This document shows positions 6,426-17,316 of a stretch of DNA of 64,000 nucleotides, one piece after another. Both the position numbers and the translations under genes were made by a program. The notes under the pieces were generated by a model that had not been told where the DNA came from, did not search any database, and saw nothing but the letters and a program-made list of their open reading frames with translations. Each line of letters begins with the position of its first letter. The first letter of the stretch is position 1. Source of the stretch: an uncultured Myxococcaceae bacterium (GTDB lineage Bacteria; Myxococcota; UBA727; JABDBI01); NCBI GenBank assembly GCA_964635635.1, contig CAZWPE010000001.1:107774-171773 (forward strand), given 5' to 3'.

Positions 6426-9364
6426 TGCTGCAAACTCAAATCGAAGCTTTTGGTCTTAAACTTTTTGAGGAAATGCGTGGTGAAAAACCAGGCATTTTTA
6501 ACAGCGACTACTGGCAAGGAAAATTGATGGACTGGGTCATGAAAGATCCCAGTTTTAAAATCGACATGTTTCGTTTTGTCGATGTTTTGCCTCAACTTGA
6601 AACTTCAGGCCAGATTGCTGCCCACGTTCGTGAGTACTTGCTGAAAGAAGGCCGTCAGCTCCCCGCAGTGATTAACGTAGCCCTTAAAGCGGCCGCCAGT
6701 GGTTTGACCGCTGGAATAGCTGCAACCAGCATTCGTAAAAATATCAGCGATATGGCTGAGCGATTTATTGTGGGGCGTGATGCCAAGAGTGCGCTGTCTG
6801 AACTGCAAGCTTTGCATAAACAAGGCATCGCTTTTACCGTCGATTTGCTCGGCGAGTATACCTTGAGTGATGCTGAGGCAGATGAGTACAAAAATCGCTA
6901 TCTAGATTTGATTGCCAATATTGCAGGTGAAGCTGCCAAGTGGAAACCGGATTCAGTCATCGACGCAGTCCCACGCGTGAATGTGTCTGTGAAGGTCAGT
7001 GCGCTTGACCCCCAAGTGAAGGCTGTTGACCCGAAAGGTTCGGTGGAACGTCTGAAACAACGCCTGAGACCTCTGTTTGAAATGGCCATGAAGAATGGCG
7101 TATTTTTGAACCTTGATCTTGAGCAGTGGGAAGTTCATGGCATTACTTATGACCTGTTTGAAGAACTTCTTTTGGAGCCAGAGTTTGCAAAATATCCCCA
7201 TTTTGGGATTGTGATTCAGGCTTATTTGAAAGACTCGCTGCGTGATGCAGAACGTCTTCTTGCTCTCGCCAAAAAACGAGGGACCCCAGTTGGTGTTCGT
7301 TTGGTTAAAGGCGCATACTGGGACTTCGAAGTCGTGAACGCGAAGCAAAAGGGTTTCGAATGCCCAGTGTTTACGCAAAAAGCTGACTCTGATGTGAACT
7401 ACGAGCGCATCAGCAAGTTTTTGTTGGATCACATTGAGCATTTTAGGCCAGCATTTGGAAGTCACAATCTGCGTTCCATTAGTCACGCGATTGTTTATGC
7501 GGATAGTAAAAAAATCCCAGCGACGGCTTATGAAATTCAGATGCTTTATGGAATGGCAGAGCCAGAACGTAAGATTTTACGTTCTCGTGGAAACCTGGTT
7601 CGTGTTTATGCCCCGATAGGAGAGTTGCTTCCGGGTATGGCGTATTTGGTTCGGCGTTTGCTTGAAAACACGTCGAACTCTGGATTTTTGAAGCTTTCAC
7701 ATCAAGATGATGTGGATCCGAAGTTACTTTTGGTTGAGCCTGTTTCTCTCCCTCTCCCCTTGAGGGAGAGGGCTGGGGTGAGGGGTGAGTTTGAAAACTG
7801 CCCTTGGCTAGACTTTACGCGTGAAGAATCTCGAACAGCTTTTGCCAAAGCCATTGAAGCCTGGAAGCCTAAATTTCCAGTCACAGTCCCAGTGGTTATT
7901 GCCGGTGAAAAACAGGTCGGTGAGTCCGTGTTTGAACGCGTGACTCCCAACGATGGGCAAACTTTAGTGGCTAAAGTAGAGCTGGCCAGCAAAGCACAGG
8001 CTGAAAAAGCGATTCAAATTGCCACGCGTGCTTACCCTGCATGGCGAGATGGAGCTTTGGCTGAACGTGTAGAACGTTTAAACAAACTGGCTGATATATT
8101 GGAACGCGACCGTTTTGAATTAGCTGCGCTCATGTCCCATGAAGTGGCTAAGCCGTGGATTGAAGCGGATGCAGATGTCGGCGAAGCGGTTGATTTCTGC
8201 CGCTATTATGCTCAGCAGGCGCTCACAACACTTGCGCCCAGAAAACAAGGCAGTCTTTGGGGCGAAGATAATATTTTAAGCTATGAGGGCAGGGGGCCAA
8301 CACTTGTGATTGCTCCTTGGAATTTTCCCTTGGCCATTTTGTGCGGCATGGCAGCAGCAGCTCTTGTTGCTGGTAACTCTGTGATCTTAAAACCAGCAGA
8401 AACATCCAGTTTAACAGCAAAGATGCTGTTCGACCGTATGCTCGAAGCAGGTATTCCGAGTGACGTTGTCCAGTTCTTGCCGGGCCGTGGTTCTGAAGTA
8501 GGGGCGTATTTAGTTGAGCATCCACAAATTGCGCAAATTGCATTTACGGGCAGCAAGGAAGTTGGCCTGCAAATTATCGAAAAAGCGGCGCGAGTTCAGC
8601 ATGGCCAAGCACAAGTTAAGCGTGTGGTCTGCGAAATGGGCGGTAAAAATGCGATTGTGATAGACGACGATGCAGACTTAGATGAAGCAGCATTAGGTGT
8701 TATCCACAGTGCGTTTGGTTATGCAGGTCAAAAGTGTTCGGCAGCTTCGCGAATCATTGTCCATGCCAATGTTTATGACAGGTTTAAAAACCGGTTGGTT
8801 GAAGCTTGCAAGAGTCTATGCATTGCGCCTGCCACGAAACCTGGCTGTGGTGTTCCTCCGGTGGTTGATGCCAAATCCCAAAATCGCTTGCTCACTGAGA
8901 TTGAGTTGGCTGCTCGTGAACACAAATTGCTAATAAGTATCCCCCCTTTGCAAAAGGGGGGTCAGGGGGGATTTTTTGTCCCTGTAACGCTATTTGAAGT
9001 CCAAAACTCAAAATGCCGATTGATGCAAACAGAACTCTTTGGTCCAGTAATTGCGATTGCCAAGGCCAAGGACTTTGAAGAAGCCATTCAAATCGCAAAC
9101 GATACTGAGTTTGCTTTGACGGGTGCTGTTTATTCACGCAGCCCTAAGAATCTTGAATATGCACGAAAGGCCTTTAAGGTTGGCAATCTGTATCTTAACC
9201 GTGGAAGTACGGGTGCCATGGTTCATCGACAGCCATTTGGTGGCTTCAAAATGAGCGGCATTGGAACCAAAGCGGGTGGGCCAGATTACTTGATGCACTT
9301 TGTGGACCCCAGAGTGACCACTGAGAATACTTTGAGGCGTGGATTTACGCCGGATTTGGAATGA
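6425..9364 (+). CDS. putA: Bifunctional proline dehydrogenase / delta-1-pyrroline-5-carboxylate dehydrogenase PutA (no N-terminal DNA-binding domain)
   Basis: N-terminal PRODH TIM-barrel motifs followed by an ALDH domain (VCEMGGKNA, catalytic QKCSAASR, EEFGP-like ELFGPV). Confidence 0.9.
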   Translation: MLQTQIEAFGLKLFEEMRGEKPGIFNSDYWQGKLMDWVMKDPSFKIDMFRFVDVLPQLETSGQIAAHVREYLLKEGRQLPAVINVALKAAASGLTAGIAATSIRKNISDMAERFIVGRDAKSALSELQALHKQGIAFTVDLLGEYTLSDAEADEYKNRYLDLIANIAGEAAKWKPDSVIDAVPRVNVSVKVSALDPQVKAVDPKGSVERLKQRLRPLFEMAMKNGVFLNLDLEQWEVHGITYDLFEELLLEPEFAKYPHFGIVIQAYLKDSLRDAERLLALAKKRGTPVGVRLVKGAYWDFEVVNAKQKGFECPVFTQKADSDVNYERISKFLLDHIEHFRPAFGSHNLRSISHAIVYADSKKIPATAYEIQMLYGMAEPERKILRSRGNLVRVYAPIGELLPGMAYLVRRLLENTSNSGFLKLSHQDDVDPKLLLVEPVSLPLPLRERAGVRGEFENCPWLDFTREESRTAFAKAIEAWKPKFPVTVPVVIAGEKQVGESVFERVTPNDGQTLVAKVELASKAQAEKAIQIATRAYPAWRDGALAERVERLNKLADILERDRFELAALMSHEVAKPWIEADADVGEAVDFCRYYAQQALTTLAPRKQGSLWGEDNILSYEGRGPTLVIAPWNFPLAILCGMAAAALVAGNSVILKPAETSSLTAKMLFDRMLEAGIPSDVVQFLPGRGSEVGAYLVEHPQIAQIAFTGSKEVGLQIIEKAARVQHGQAQVKRVVCEMGGKNAIVIDDDADLDEAALGVIHSAFGYAGQKCSAASRIIVHANVYDRFKNRLVEACKSLCIAPATKPGCGVPPVVDAKSQNRLLTEIELAAREHKLLISIPPLQKGGQGGFFVPVTLFEVQNSKCRLMQTELFGPVIAIAKAKDFEEAIQIANDTEFALTGAVYSRSPKNLEYARKAFKVGNLYLNRGSTGAMVHRQPFGGFKMSGIGTKAGGPDYLMHFVDPRVTTENTLRRGFTPDLE
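7746..7789. repeat. Family-1 palindromic element copy (CCCTCTCCCCTTGAGGGAGAGGGCTGGGGTGAGGGGT), in-frame in putA
   Basis: 38-bp stretch identical except for one base to 26520-26557. Confidence 0.75.
8937..8978. repeat. Family-2 palindromic element copy (ATCCCCCCTTTGCAAAAGGGGGGTCAGGGGGGATTTTTTG), in-frame in the putA ALDH domain
   Basis: About 41-bp motif shared with 44469-44507. Confidence 0.75.
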
Positions 9365-10332
9365 GCGAGTCCGAACACCTCACCCAGTTTCAGCCAAGGC
9401 TGAAACAGCCCTCTCCCCTGAAGCGGAGAGGGCAAGTCTTGGCTGGCCTTGTGGGTATTTCTCTGGTTGCATACATGGTGGGCCATATTGGTTTGGACCA
9501 AGTGCTTCATGCCCTAAGAGGCGCAGCTTATTATTTCCCTGCTATCTTATTGTGCGAGTTCTTTTTTTGGTTTTTTGGGACTCTTTCGCAGCGTGCACTC
9601 TATGGCGTTGATGCTAAAAAGATTCCGTGGGGCACGATTTGGCGTTCAGGTTTTACGGCTTACGCCATCATGGGTCTGATTCCAATGGGCCGTATTGTCG
9701 CGGAGTCAGCTCGGGCAGTAGCGTTTGCGCCTTATGTGGGCAAACCCAAGGCCGCTGTGGTAGCGGTTCAGGTTCAGATTTTGGCTTTGTGTGTGACGGC
9801 TTTAGTGGCTGGTGTATCTGGTTTATTTATTGTGACTCGTGCCTGGGGAAGCCCTGCTGCATGGCTTGCCATTGCCAATGCAGGCGGGGCATTGGTTTTG
9901 GCTGTTTTAGCAGCCATGGCAACCAAACACCTAAGATTGGGTCAAAAGCTGGGGTTCTTACTGCCCAGGATTCAGCTCTTTGGACAGGAGTTTGATGCCC
10001 ACTTTGCCGGTTCGGCAGTTTTGCCGCGTGCAGCCTTTGGTTATGAGTTGCTCTGCCGTTTAAGTCAGATTGTCCAAAATGGTTTGCTGGTCATGGCTGT
10101 AGGTGGGGCTTTGGGTATTTCGAATGCCTTTTGTTCTGAGGGCTTGCATCTGATTGGTGCGACTCTGGGTGATCTGGTTCCGGGCCAGTGGGGCGTAACT
10201 GAACTGGTTTATGGTGAAACAGGCTCTATTCTAGGTCTTGGAGACCAAGGAGCCTTAGGGATTGCCTTGCAGGCGCATTTGGCCCAGCTGTTTTGGGTGT
10301 TTGTGACTTTGTTAATGAAAGTGTTGTTGTAA
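9361..10332 (+). CDS. UPF0104 / lysylphosphatidylglycerol-synthase-TM-like integral membrane protein
   Basis: Multiple TM helices throughout. ATGA start overlap with the putA stop. Confidence 0.6.
   Translation: MSESEHLTQFQPRLKQPSPLKRRGQVLAGLVGISLVAYMVGHIGLDQVLHALRGAAYYFPAILLCEFFFWFFGTLSQRALYGVDAKKIPWGTIWRSGFTAYAIMGLIPMGRIVAESARAVAFAPYVGKPKAAVVAVQVQILALCVTALVAGVSGLFIVTRAWGSPAAWLAIANAGGALVLAVLAAMATKHLRLGQKLGFLLPRIQLFGQEFDAHFAGSAVLPRAAFGYELLCRLSQIVQNGLLVMAVGGALGISNAFCSEGLHLIGATLGDLVPGQWGVTELVYGETGSILGLGDQGALGIALQAHLAQLFWVFVTLLMKVLL
9388..9436. repeat. Family-1-like palindromic element (GCCCTCTCC-cctgaagc-GGAGAGGGC) plus adjacent hairpin tttcagccaaggctgaaa, in-frame at the N-terminus of the UPF0104 gene
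   Basis: Inverted repeats seen directly. Confidence 0.6.
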
Positions 10333-10397
10333 ATTTGAAAAACAAATAAGATTTATTTATTATATAAAAAGTTTCAGTGTCTGGTGAGGGGGATCCA

Positions 10398-12899
10398 ATG
10401 AGTCAAAGATTAGGTTTCAGTCCGGCTGAATTCAGAGAACAAGGTGACTACGAGCAAGAGGGTGAGAAACGTGTTTCGGGAAAGGATGCGGGTGTTGATG
10501 TTTATGAGGCGCCCTCTTTGCTGGAACAAGTTTCTAGAGGCTTAACTCCTCAAATTATAGAGAGTTATTTGAAAGAACCGGATGGAGAAGAAAAAACTAA
10601 GCTTCTACAAGCAATGGGCCAAAAAATAAAACCTGAGACATTGTCTAAACTGCCGCCAGAATCAGTGTCGAAACTTCATGAAATTTTTCAGAATAAGGGC
10701 AAACTCGAGGTAAGATGGGCGATCGAGGATGCGCAGTGGGAAAATGAAAAAATGTCGAGGTTTGTGATAGCCCCATACCGACGTAAACTCGATTTTGCAG
10801 ATTTAGAAGAGTATCTAAAAAAAGGAGCGAGTATTAACTTTCGACTGCCCGAAAATAATGCAAACGCAAACGACAACAGTGGCAATTTTCCGGGGATGAA
10901 CCTGATTCAGATGGCATTATCTCTAAATGATATGGATACTGTGAGTAAGCTATTTGCGAGAGGTGCTCAATTTACAGAAGAAGATGCTAATTATATGTAT
11001 CCCCAAGAATATTGGTTGGGCAATGTAAGTTTGGCCCATAGACTCTTGGAGTCTGGTTACACAGATGCTTTTATTTGGCTGATTGATCATGGGGCTAACC
11101 CTAATCAAATCATTTCAAAATATGGGGACCCTTTTGATGCATTGAGCCTAGCGCAAGCAGCTTTAAAAAAAGGCGATGTGATGGCATTTGAAAAACTCAT
11201 TGAAAAAGGTGCTGATATCAACCTGCCATTTCCCCGTACGAGTACAACAGGGGAATATGCGAATAAAACTCTTGCTCAGGTTGTCCTAGAGAGGGGGGAT
11301 ACAAACGCCCTTAGGCTTCTCCTGGAAAAAGGTGTTTCTCCTAACCAAACTTTTCCTTCTGCTTGGAATTCTGAGGCTACCTACAAAGGCATGACTCTTT
11401 TGCAGGTGGCTATGATACTAGGGCATACAGATATCGCTATGCTACTGCTCGATCATGGAGCCGATCCAGATCGAGTCTTCCCAGGGACCATTGATGAACA
11501 CCGTGATTATGCTGGCAGGACACCGATTCAGATTGCTCTGAGGCAGAACAATACGGGGCTGATTGAGAAACTCATCGAGCGTGGTGCATCAAGCAAGGGT
11601 TTAACGAGTCCGTTGACTTTTAAAGCGTTGCGTTTACCACGAGAAGATTTGGAATCGATTAAGCCATTAGAAAATGGCGATAGTATTGAACAAATTATCG
11701 AAAAATCAAAAGATAAAAAATGGATTCAAGAATTCTTTGGAGACCCAAAACCTGCCAACGAAGGAGACCAAAAACCTGTCATTGAATATGTGGACGACCA
11801 TCATTCGAAAAACGGACATACTCGCGAAGACATCATTAACGGTCTTCAGGTTTTTTTCGAAAGAATTCAGAAAAGAGAGGCTGTTCTGGGGACGCCTCCG
11901 TCAAATCAACTTAAAGAGTTAAATGCGTATTATGACAACATGTTCCATCGCTTGCAGCATATTTTTTCGTTCTTAGAACAGAAAGAGATTGCTCAAGATA
12001 TCAAACGGGCTGCTCTCGATATGATTTATGGGGGTTCTTTGGCTTGCGGTACGGCTTGGTTCAATGAGGTTAAGAGTGCCTATGAACTTCTTAAATCGCA
12101 GATTAAAGCACCCCAACAAAGTTCTGCCACAGCAGCAAGCGCTGCAGATGAAAGTTTTCAAAGTGAGTATGAGTCGATCATTGAGCAGCGCTTGTATGAA
12201 TTTAGAAGGCGTTGTTTTGAATCTGCTCTGCCCAACAACAATACGCACACCTATAACGCCTACATGCGCGAGCTGGGGGTTGAGTTTGGGGTGGCGGGAA
12301 AAAATTCAAGCTATGACGATCCAACCGTTGTTCCTATTTCAGAGTACGAAAAAGCTGTTTTCAGACACAAGGTCGAGTCTCTTTATGAGCCAAAACTTAT
12401 CATTGATTTTATATATAAAATTTCCAAAGATAAAACACAAATAGGTGAGGGGATTATCCCTGGTCTGCTTGCTGACTATGGACCTAAAGTAAGCCAAACT
12501 CAAGCTAATAGGTATTTTGTGTTGGAAAATAAGAAGGAAAAAGATGAGCTCAGTGGCGAAGAGTTGAGGGAATATGAGGAACTTACAAAAATTATCTCTC
12601 AGGAAGATGATTATACGGAGATGACGCTTGGAAAAGAATACGAGCCAACCCGAGAAGGCGTGGAATATTTGCTTAAAGCTTTAGGCATATTACGAATTAG
12701 AGACCTGAAAGGGATAAAGCTCGATCCATGGAGCCAATTCTTAATAAGACGTAAACAAAAGGAGCTCGAGTCAGCAGAGGAAGGCTCCGAAAGGCAAAGA
12801 GACCTAAAAGAATGGCTTTCAGAAGCTCAGGCTGAGCAAATTCAAGAAGTTAAGCAAACAAAGAAGGCTTCATCAGCCACAGCTGCCGCTAGTTCTTAA
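10398..12899 (+). CDS. Large ankyrin-repeat protein with an acidic, coiled-coil-rich C-terminus (effector-like); ORF opens at GTG 10377, ATG 10398 preferred
   Basis: At least five ankyrin units (GMNLIQMALSLND.., DALSLAQAALKKGD.., KTLAQVVLERGDTNALRLLLEKGVSPN, MTLLQVAMILGHTDIAMLLLDHGADPD, RTPIQIALRQNNTGLIEKLIERGA). GAGGGGGA lies upstream of the ATG. Confidence 0.75.
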   Translation: MSQRLGFSPAEFREQGDYEQEGEKRVSGKDAGVDVYEAPSLLEQVSRGLTPQIIESYLKEPDGEEKTKLLQAMGQKIKPETLSKLPPESVSKLHEIFQNKGKLEVRWAIEDAQWENEKMSRFVIAPYRRKLDFADLEEYLKKGASINFRLPENNANANDNSGNFPGMNLIQMALSLNDMDTVSKLFARGAQFTEEDANYMYPQEYWLGNVSLAHRLLESGYTDAFIWLIDHGANPNQIISKYGDPFDALSLAQAALKKGDVMAFEKLIEKGADINLPFPRTSTTGEYANKTLAQVVLERGDTNALRLLLEKGVSPNQTFPSAWNSEATYKGMTLLQVAMILGHTDIAMLLLDHGADPDRVFPGTIDEHRDYAGRTPIQIALRQNNTGLIEKLIERGASSKGLTSPLTFKALRLPREDLESIKPLENGDSIEQIIEKSKDKKWIQEFFGDPKPANEGDQKPVIEYVDDHHSKNGHTREDIINGLQVFFERIQKREAVLGTPPSNQLKELNAYYDNMFHRLQHIFSFLEQKEIAQDIKRAALDMIYGGSLACGTAWFNEVKSAYELLKSQIKAPQQSSATAASAADESFQSEYESIIEQRLYEFRRRCFESALPNNNTHTYNAYMRELGVEFGVAGKNSSYDDPTVVPISEYEKAVFRHKVESLYEPKLIIDFIYKISKDKTQIGEGIIPGLLADYGPKVSQTQANRYFVLENKKEKDELSGEELREYEELTKIISQEDDYTEMTLGKEYEPTREGVEYLLKALGILRIRDLKGIKLDPWSQFLIRRKQKELESAEEGSERQRDLKEWLSEAQAEQIQEVKQTKKASSATAAASS

Positions 12900-12988
12900 T
12901 GGAAATGGGTTGTTTTTGTGGCTTTGTTACTAAATCTGTTGTCTACCCGACCGCAAAGTGCTACGGTCCGGCCGCAATAGGAGTTTTT

Positions 12989-13207
12989 ATGGCAGTTTGC
13001 ACCCTTACCGGAAAATCTTGGATGAATGGCAACCGAGTGTCCCATTCAAACATCAAAACCAAACGTAAAGTCAGAGCAAACGTTCAATCGAAGCGTATCT
13101 TCGACGTTGAAACTGGCCGCATGGTTCGCGTCAAGCTTTCAACCCGCGCTCTTCGTACTTTGAACAAAAAGTCACTTTCCGCTTGTCTTGCTGAAATTTG
13201 CGCTTAG
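12989..13207 (+). CDS. rpmB: 50S ribosomal protein L28
   Basis: MAVCTLTGK..GNRVSHSNIKTKRKVRANVQ matches the L28 family. The ORF extends upstream to 12899 but an ATG with aggag RBS is at 12989. Confidence 0.85.
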   Translation: MAVCTLTGKSWMNGNRVSHSNIKTKRKVRANVQSKRIFDVETGRMVRVKLSTRALRTLNKKSLSACLAEICA

Positions 13208-13235
13208 ATTCTCCTCCTAACAAGGAGAATCTAAA
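13205..13235 (+). promoter_or_regulatory. CIRCE-like perfect inverted repeat TTAGATTCTCC-N9-GGAGAATCTAA spanning the rpmB stop to the groES ATG (contains the groES Shine-Dalgarno)
   Basis: 11-bp arms with a 9-bp spacer, the same architecture as the CIRCE/HrcA operator TTAGCACTC-N9-GAGTGCTAA, sharing TTAG..CTAA ends. The rpmB stop codon TAG lies inside the 5' arm. Confidence 0.5.
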
Positions 13236-13522
13236 TGAAGTTCAAGCCCTTAAATGATCGCGTCCTGGTAAAGCGCCTGGACGCTGACGAAAAAACCGCT
13301 GGCGGTCTTTTTATCCCCGATAATGCCAAAGAAAAACCCATGCAAGGCCTTGTGGTTGCTTGTGGGGAAGGCAAAGTTCTTGATAATGGCACAGTAAGAC
13401 CCCTCGATGTCAAAGCTGGCCAAACTGTATTCTTCCGAAAATATGCTGGAACTGAAGTCACCGTTGATGGCGTAGAGCACATGCTCATGCGTGAAGAAGA
13501 AATTTTAGCAATTCTTGAGTAA
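13235..13522 (+). CDS. groES: Co-chaperonin GroES
   Basis: [38 protein letters not shown]. Confidence 0.95.
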   Translation: MKFKPLNDRVLVKRLDADEKTAGGLFIPDNAKEKPMQGLVVACGEGKVLDNGTVRPLDVKAGQTVFFRKYAGTEVTVDGVEHMLMREEEILAILE

Positions 13523-13525
13523 TAG

Positions 13526-15172
<1,647 letters not shown>

Positions 15173-15194
15173 AACAATACTGTGCGAAAATAAG

Positions 15195-15228
15195 GGATAT
15201 GAAATTATTTTTCATATCCTTTTTTTTG
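15195..15228 (+). terminator. Rho-independent terminator of groESL (ggatatgaaa..ttcatatcc + T8) overlapping the start codon of the next gene
   Basis: 9-bp stem, 6-nt loop, followed by tttttttt. The ATG at 15199 lies inside the 5' arm of the stem. Confidence 0.7.
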
Positions 15229-17316
15229 GAAATTTTTTCCGGGTGTTCAGGCAGTGGTAGTCTGCAAACAGCTTATTGGGTGTCGCCTGATGGAAATGAT
15301 GCATGGCCTGGAACCCAAGAACAACCACTTGCTACCCTGGACAAGGCCCAAGAAGCCATTCGTCTATTGCCAGTCAATGACAGAGTTGGAGTGACAGTAA
15401 CACTTCGAGCTGGACAATATAGACTTAAACAACCGCTCGTTTTTGAACCTCAGGATTCGGGCACTAAAAAGTCCAGTATTATTTACCAGGCTGCTCCAGG
15501 AGAAACGGCTGTCATTTCAGGTTCTATTGCTGCTCAGAATTGGTCTTTGGTGGATACAAAATTGAATATCTACCGTAGCTCTGTTGGGCAAGTTAAAACA
15601 CGCCAGTTATATGTGAATGGCCAACGTCGAGTAAGAGCTAAGACAGAGGATTACCCTCCCGGATTTTATCCTAATTTTAACACGGGCGGGATTCAGTTTA
15701 TCCCTACGACGACTCTGAATCCAAACTTATGGGGCAATGTTAAAAATATTGAAGCAGTGATTTTAACTCAATGGAAAATGATGCGGGTTCCACTGAGCAG
15801 CGTTAATCCTACATGCAGCGTATGTTCTCCACCTAAAAATGCCCCCACAACGATACCGGGGGTAATTAAAATGCAAGAACCAGCCTGGAACAATGCTAAT
15901 TTGCTGAGCGAACTCTGGAGTTTTTGGCAGGTGACTTGGTTTGAGAATGCGTACCAATTCTTAGATGAACCAGGAGAATGGTATTTGGATGAAAATGCAG
16001 GGGTGTTGTATTATATCCCAATGCCTGGCGAAGACATGAGTCAGGCTGAGGTTGAGCTGCCAATCTTAGAAAGTTTGCTTCAAGGCACTGTGTCGAATAT
16101 TCGATTTCAAGGTTTGACCTTTGCTTATGCTACTTGGCTTGGAGCTAGTAGTAATAATGGCTATGTCGCTGACCAGGCGGGGCAAATTTTGATTGGAAAG
16201 GGCTATCAGAAAAATGACATAGGGCATTTTCAAAATACTTTTGATACTCCGGCAAATATTAGTTTTAGTGCGTCTCAAAATATTGAGCTCAGAGGCAATA
16301 TTTTTAAGCATCTCGGGGCTGTTGGAGTTGCTTTTAGAGCTGGCAGTCAAAATAATATTATTCAAGACAATTTGTTTAAGGATATTTCTTCGTCTGCTAT
16401 CCAACTTGGAGGGGTGAGTGCAGAGGATGCTCACCCTGTGAATGCGCAGCAGATTGTTTTTAACAATTTGATTCATAATAATATGATTCGTGAAACGGGT
16501 CGTGAGTATTATGACTCGGCAGGGATTTTTGCCGGATTCACTCAAAATACAACGATTAGTAATAATACAATCGTCGATGTTTCCTGGTCTGGCATTTCAA
16601 TGGGTTGGGGTTGGGGGTTGCTTGACCCAGGTAGTTTTTTAGGACTTCCAGGTGCGACCCCAAACCCATGGGGGAGCTATACACAGCCAACACCGAATGC
16701 AAATAATCAAATCGTTAGGAATCGAATTGACAGTTTTCTGAATAAGGTTTGGGACGGTGGTGCAATTTATACAACTGGCCAACAGGGAAGTAGCGCACAA
16801 AATGGTTTGCTGATTCAAGGAAATGTAGCGACTTCACGCAATCCTGCCTTGGGCGGTAATACCTTCTATGATGACGGTGGGAGCCGTTATATTACCCTGA
16901 AGCAAAATGTTTCGCTTCATAATCCAACTGGAAAAATGTTTTTCGGTCCTTTGCCCAGTAGTCAGGATCCATTCTATCTAGCGGTTAGTCTTCCATGTCA
17001 GCCAAAATATGGAGCTTTGTGCCTGCTGCTGACATTTTTTCCTTATGATTTGGATATTATACCCTATGGAAGTGATATCGGTGGCTGTAGGACCTATGGC
17101 GATATCACTTACCAGGAAAATTATTTTTTAAATAAAGAATTTTTTGACATTTGTCCGTATACAGATTCGTCGGGAATCTCATACCCAACCAACTTGGCAT
17201 ATGTGAACAATGTATTGATATCAAAAACATCAGATGTTCCTCCCGAGTTGCTTGATGCAGCAGGAGTTCAAAGCACTCCTGCCACAATCCCGAGCGAAGA
17301 GTGGCTTAGACCCTAG
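15199..17316 (+). CDS. Right-handed parallel beta-helix repeat protein, probable lipoprotein/secreted (pectate-lyase-like fold)
   Basis: Weak lipobox IFSGC. Repeated N-N-x-I/V beta-helix rungs ([44 protein letters not shown]). Confidence 0.7.
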   Translation: MKLFFISFFLEIFSGCSGSGSLQTAYWVSPDGNDAWPGTQEQPLATLDKAQEAIRLLPVNDRVGVTVTLRAGQYRLKQPLVFEPQDSGTKKSSIIYQAAPGETAVISGSIAAQNWSLVDTKLNIYRSSVGQVKTRQLYVNGQRRVRAKTEDYPPGFYPNFNTGGIQFIPTTTLNPNLWGNVKNIEAVILTQWKMMRVPLSSVNPTCSVCSPPKNAPTTIPGVIKMQEPAWNNANLLSELWSFWQVTWFENAYQFLDEPGEWYLDENAGVLYYIPMPGEDMSQAEVELPILESLLQGTVSNIRFQGLTFAYATWLGASSNNGYVADQAGQILIGKGYQKNDIGHFQNTFDTPANISFSASQNIELRGNIFKHLGAVGVAFRAGSQNNIIQDNLFKDISSSAIQLGGVSAEDAHPVNAQQIVFNNLIHNNMIRETGREYYDSAGIFAGFTQNTTISNNTIVDVSWSGISMGWGWGLLDPGSFLGLPGATPNPWGSYTQPTPNANNQIVRNRIDSFLNKVWDGGAIYTTGQQGSSAQNGLLIQGNVATSRNPALGGNTFYDDGGSRYITLKQNVSLHNPTGKMFFGPLPSSQDPFYLAVSLPCQPKYGALCLLLTFFPYDLDIIPYGSDIGGCRTYGDITYQENYFLNKEFFDICPYTDSSGISYPTNLAYVNNVLISKTSDVPPELLDAAGVQSTPATIPSEEWLRP

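Noticed and set aside
12899-12988. N-terminal 30-codon extension of the rpmB ORF (MEMGCFCGFVTKSVVYPTAKCYGPAAIGVF)
   Set aside because: L28 homologues begin at the internal MAVCTLTGK, which is preceded by an aggag RBS. The extension overlaps a hairpin (gaccgcaaagtgctacggtc) and is likely 5'UTR.
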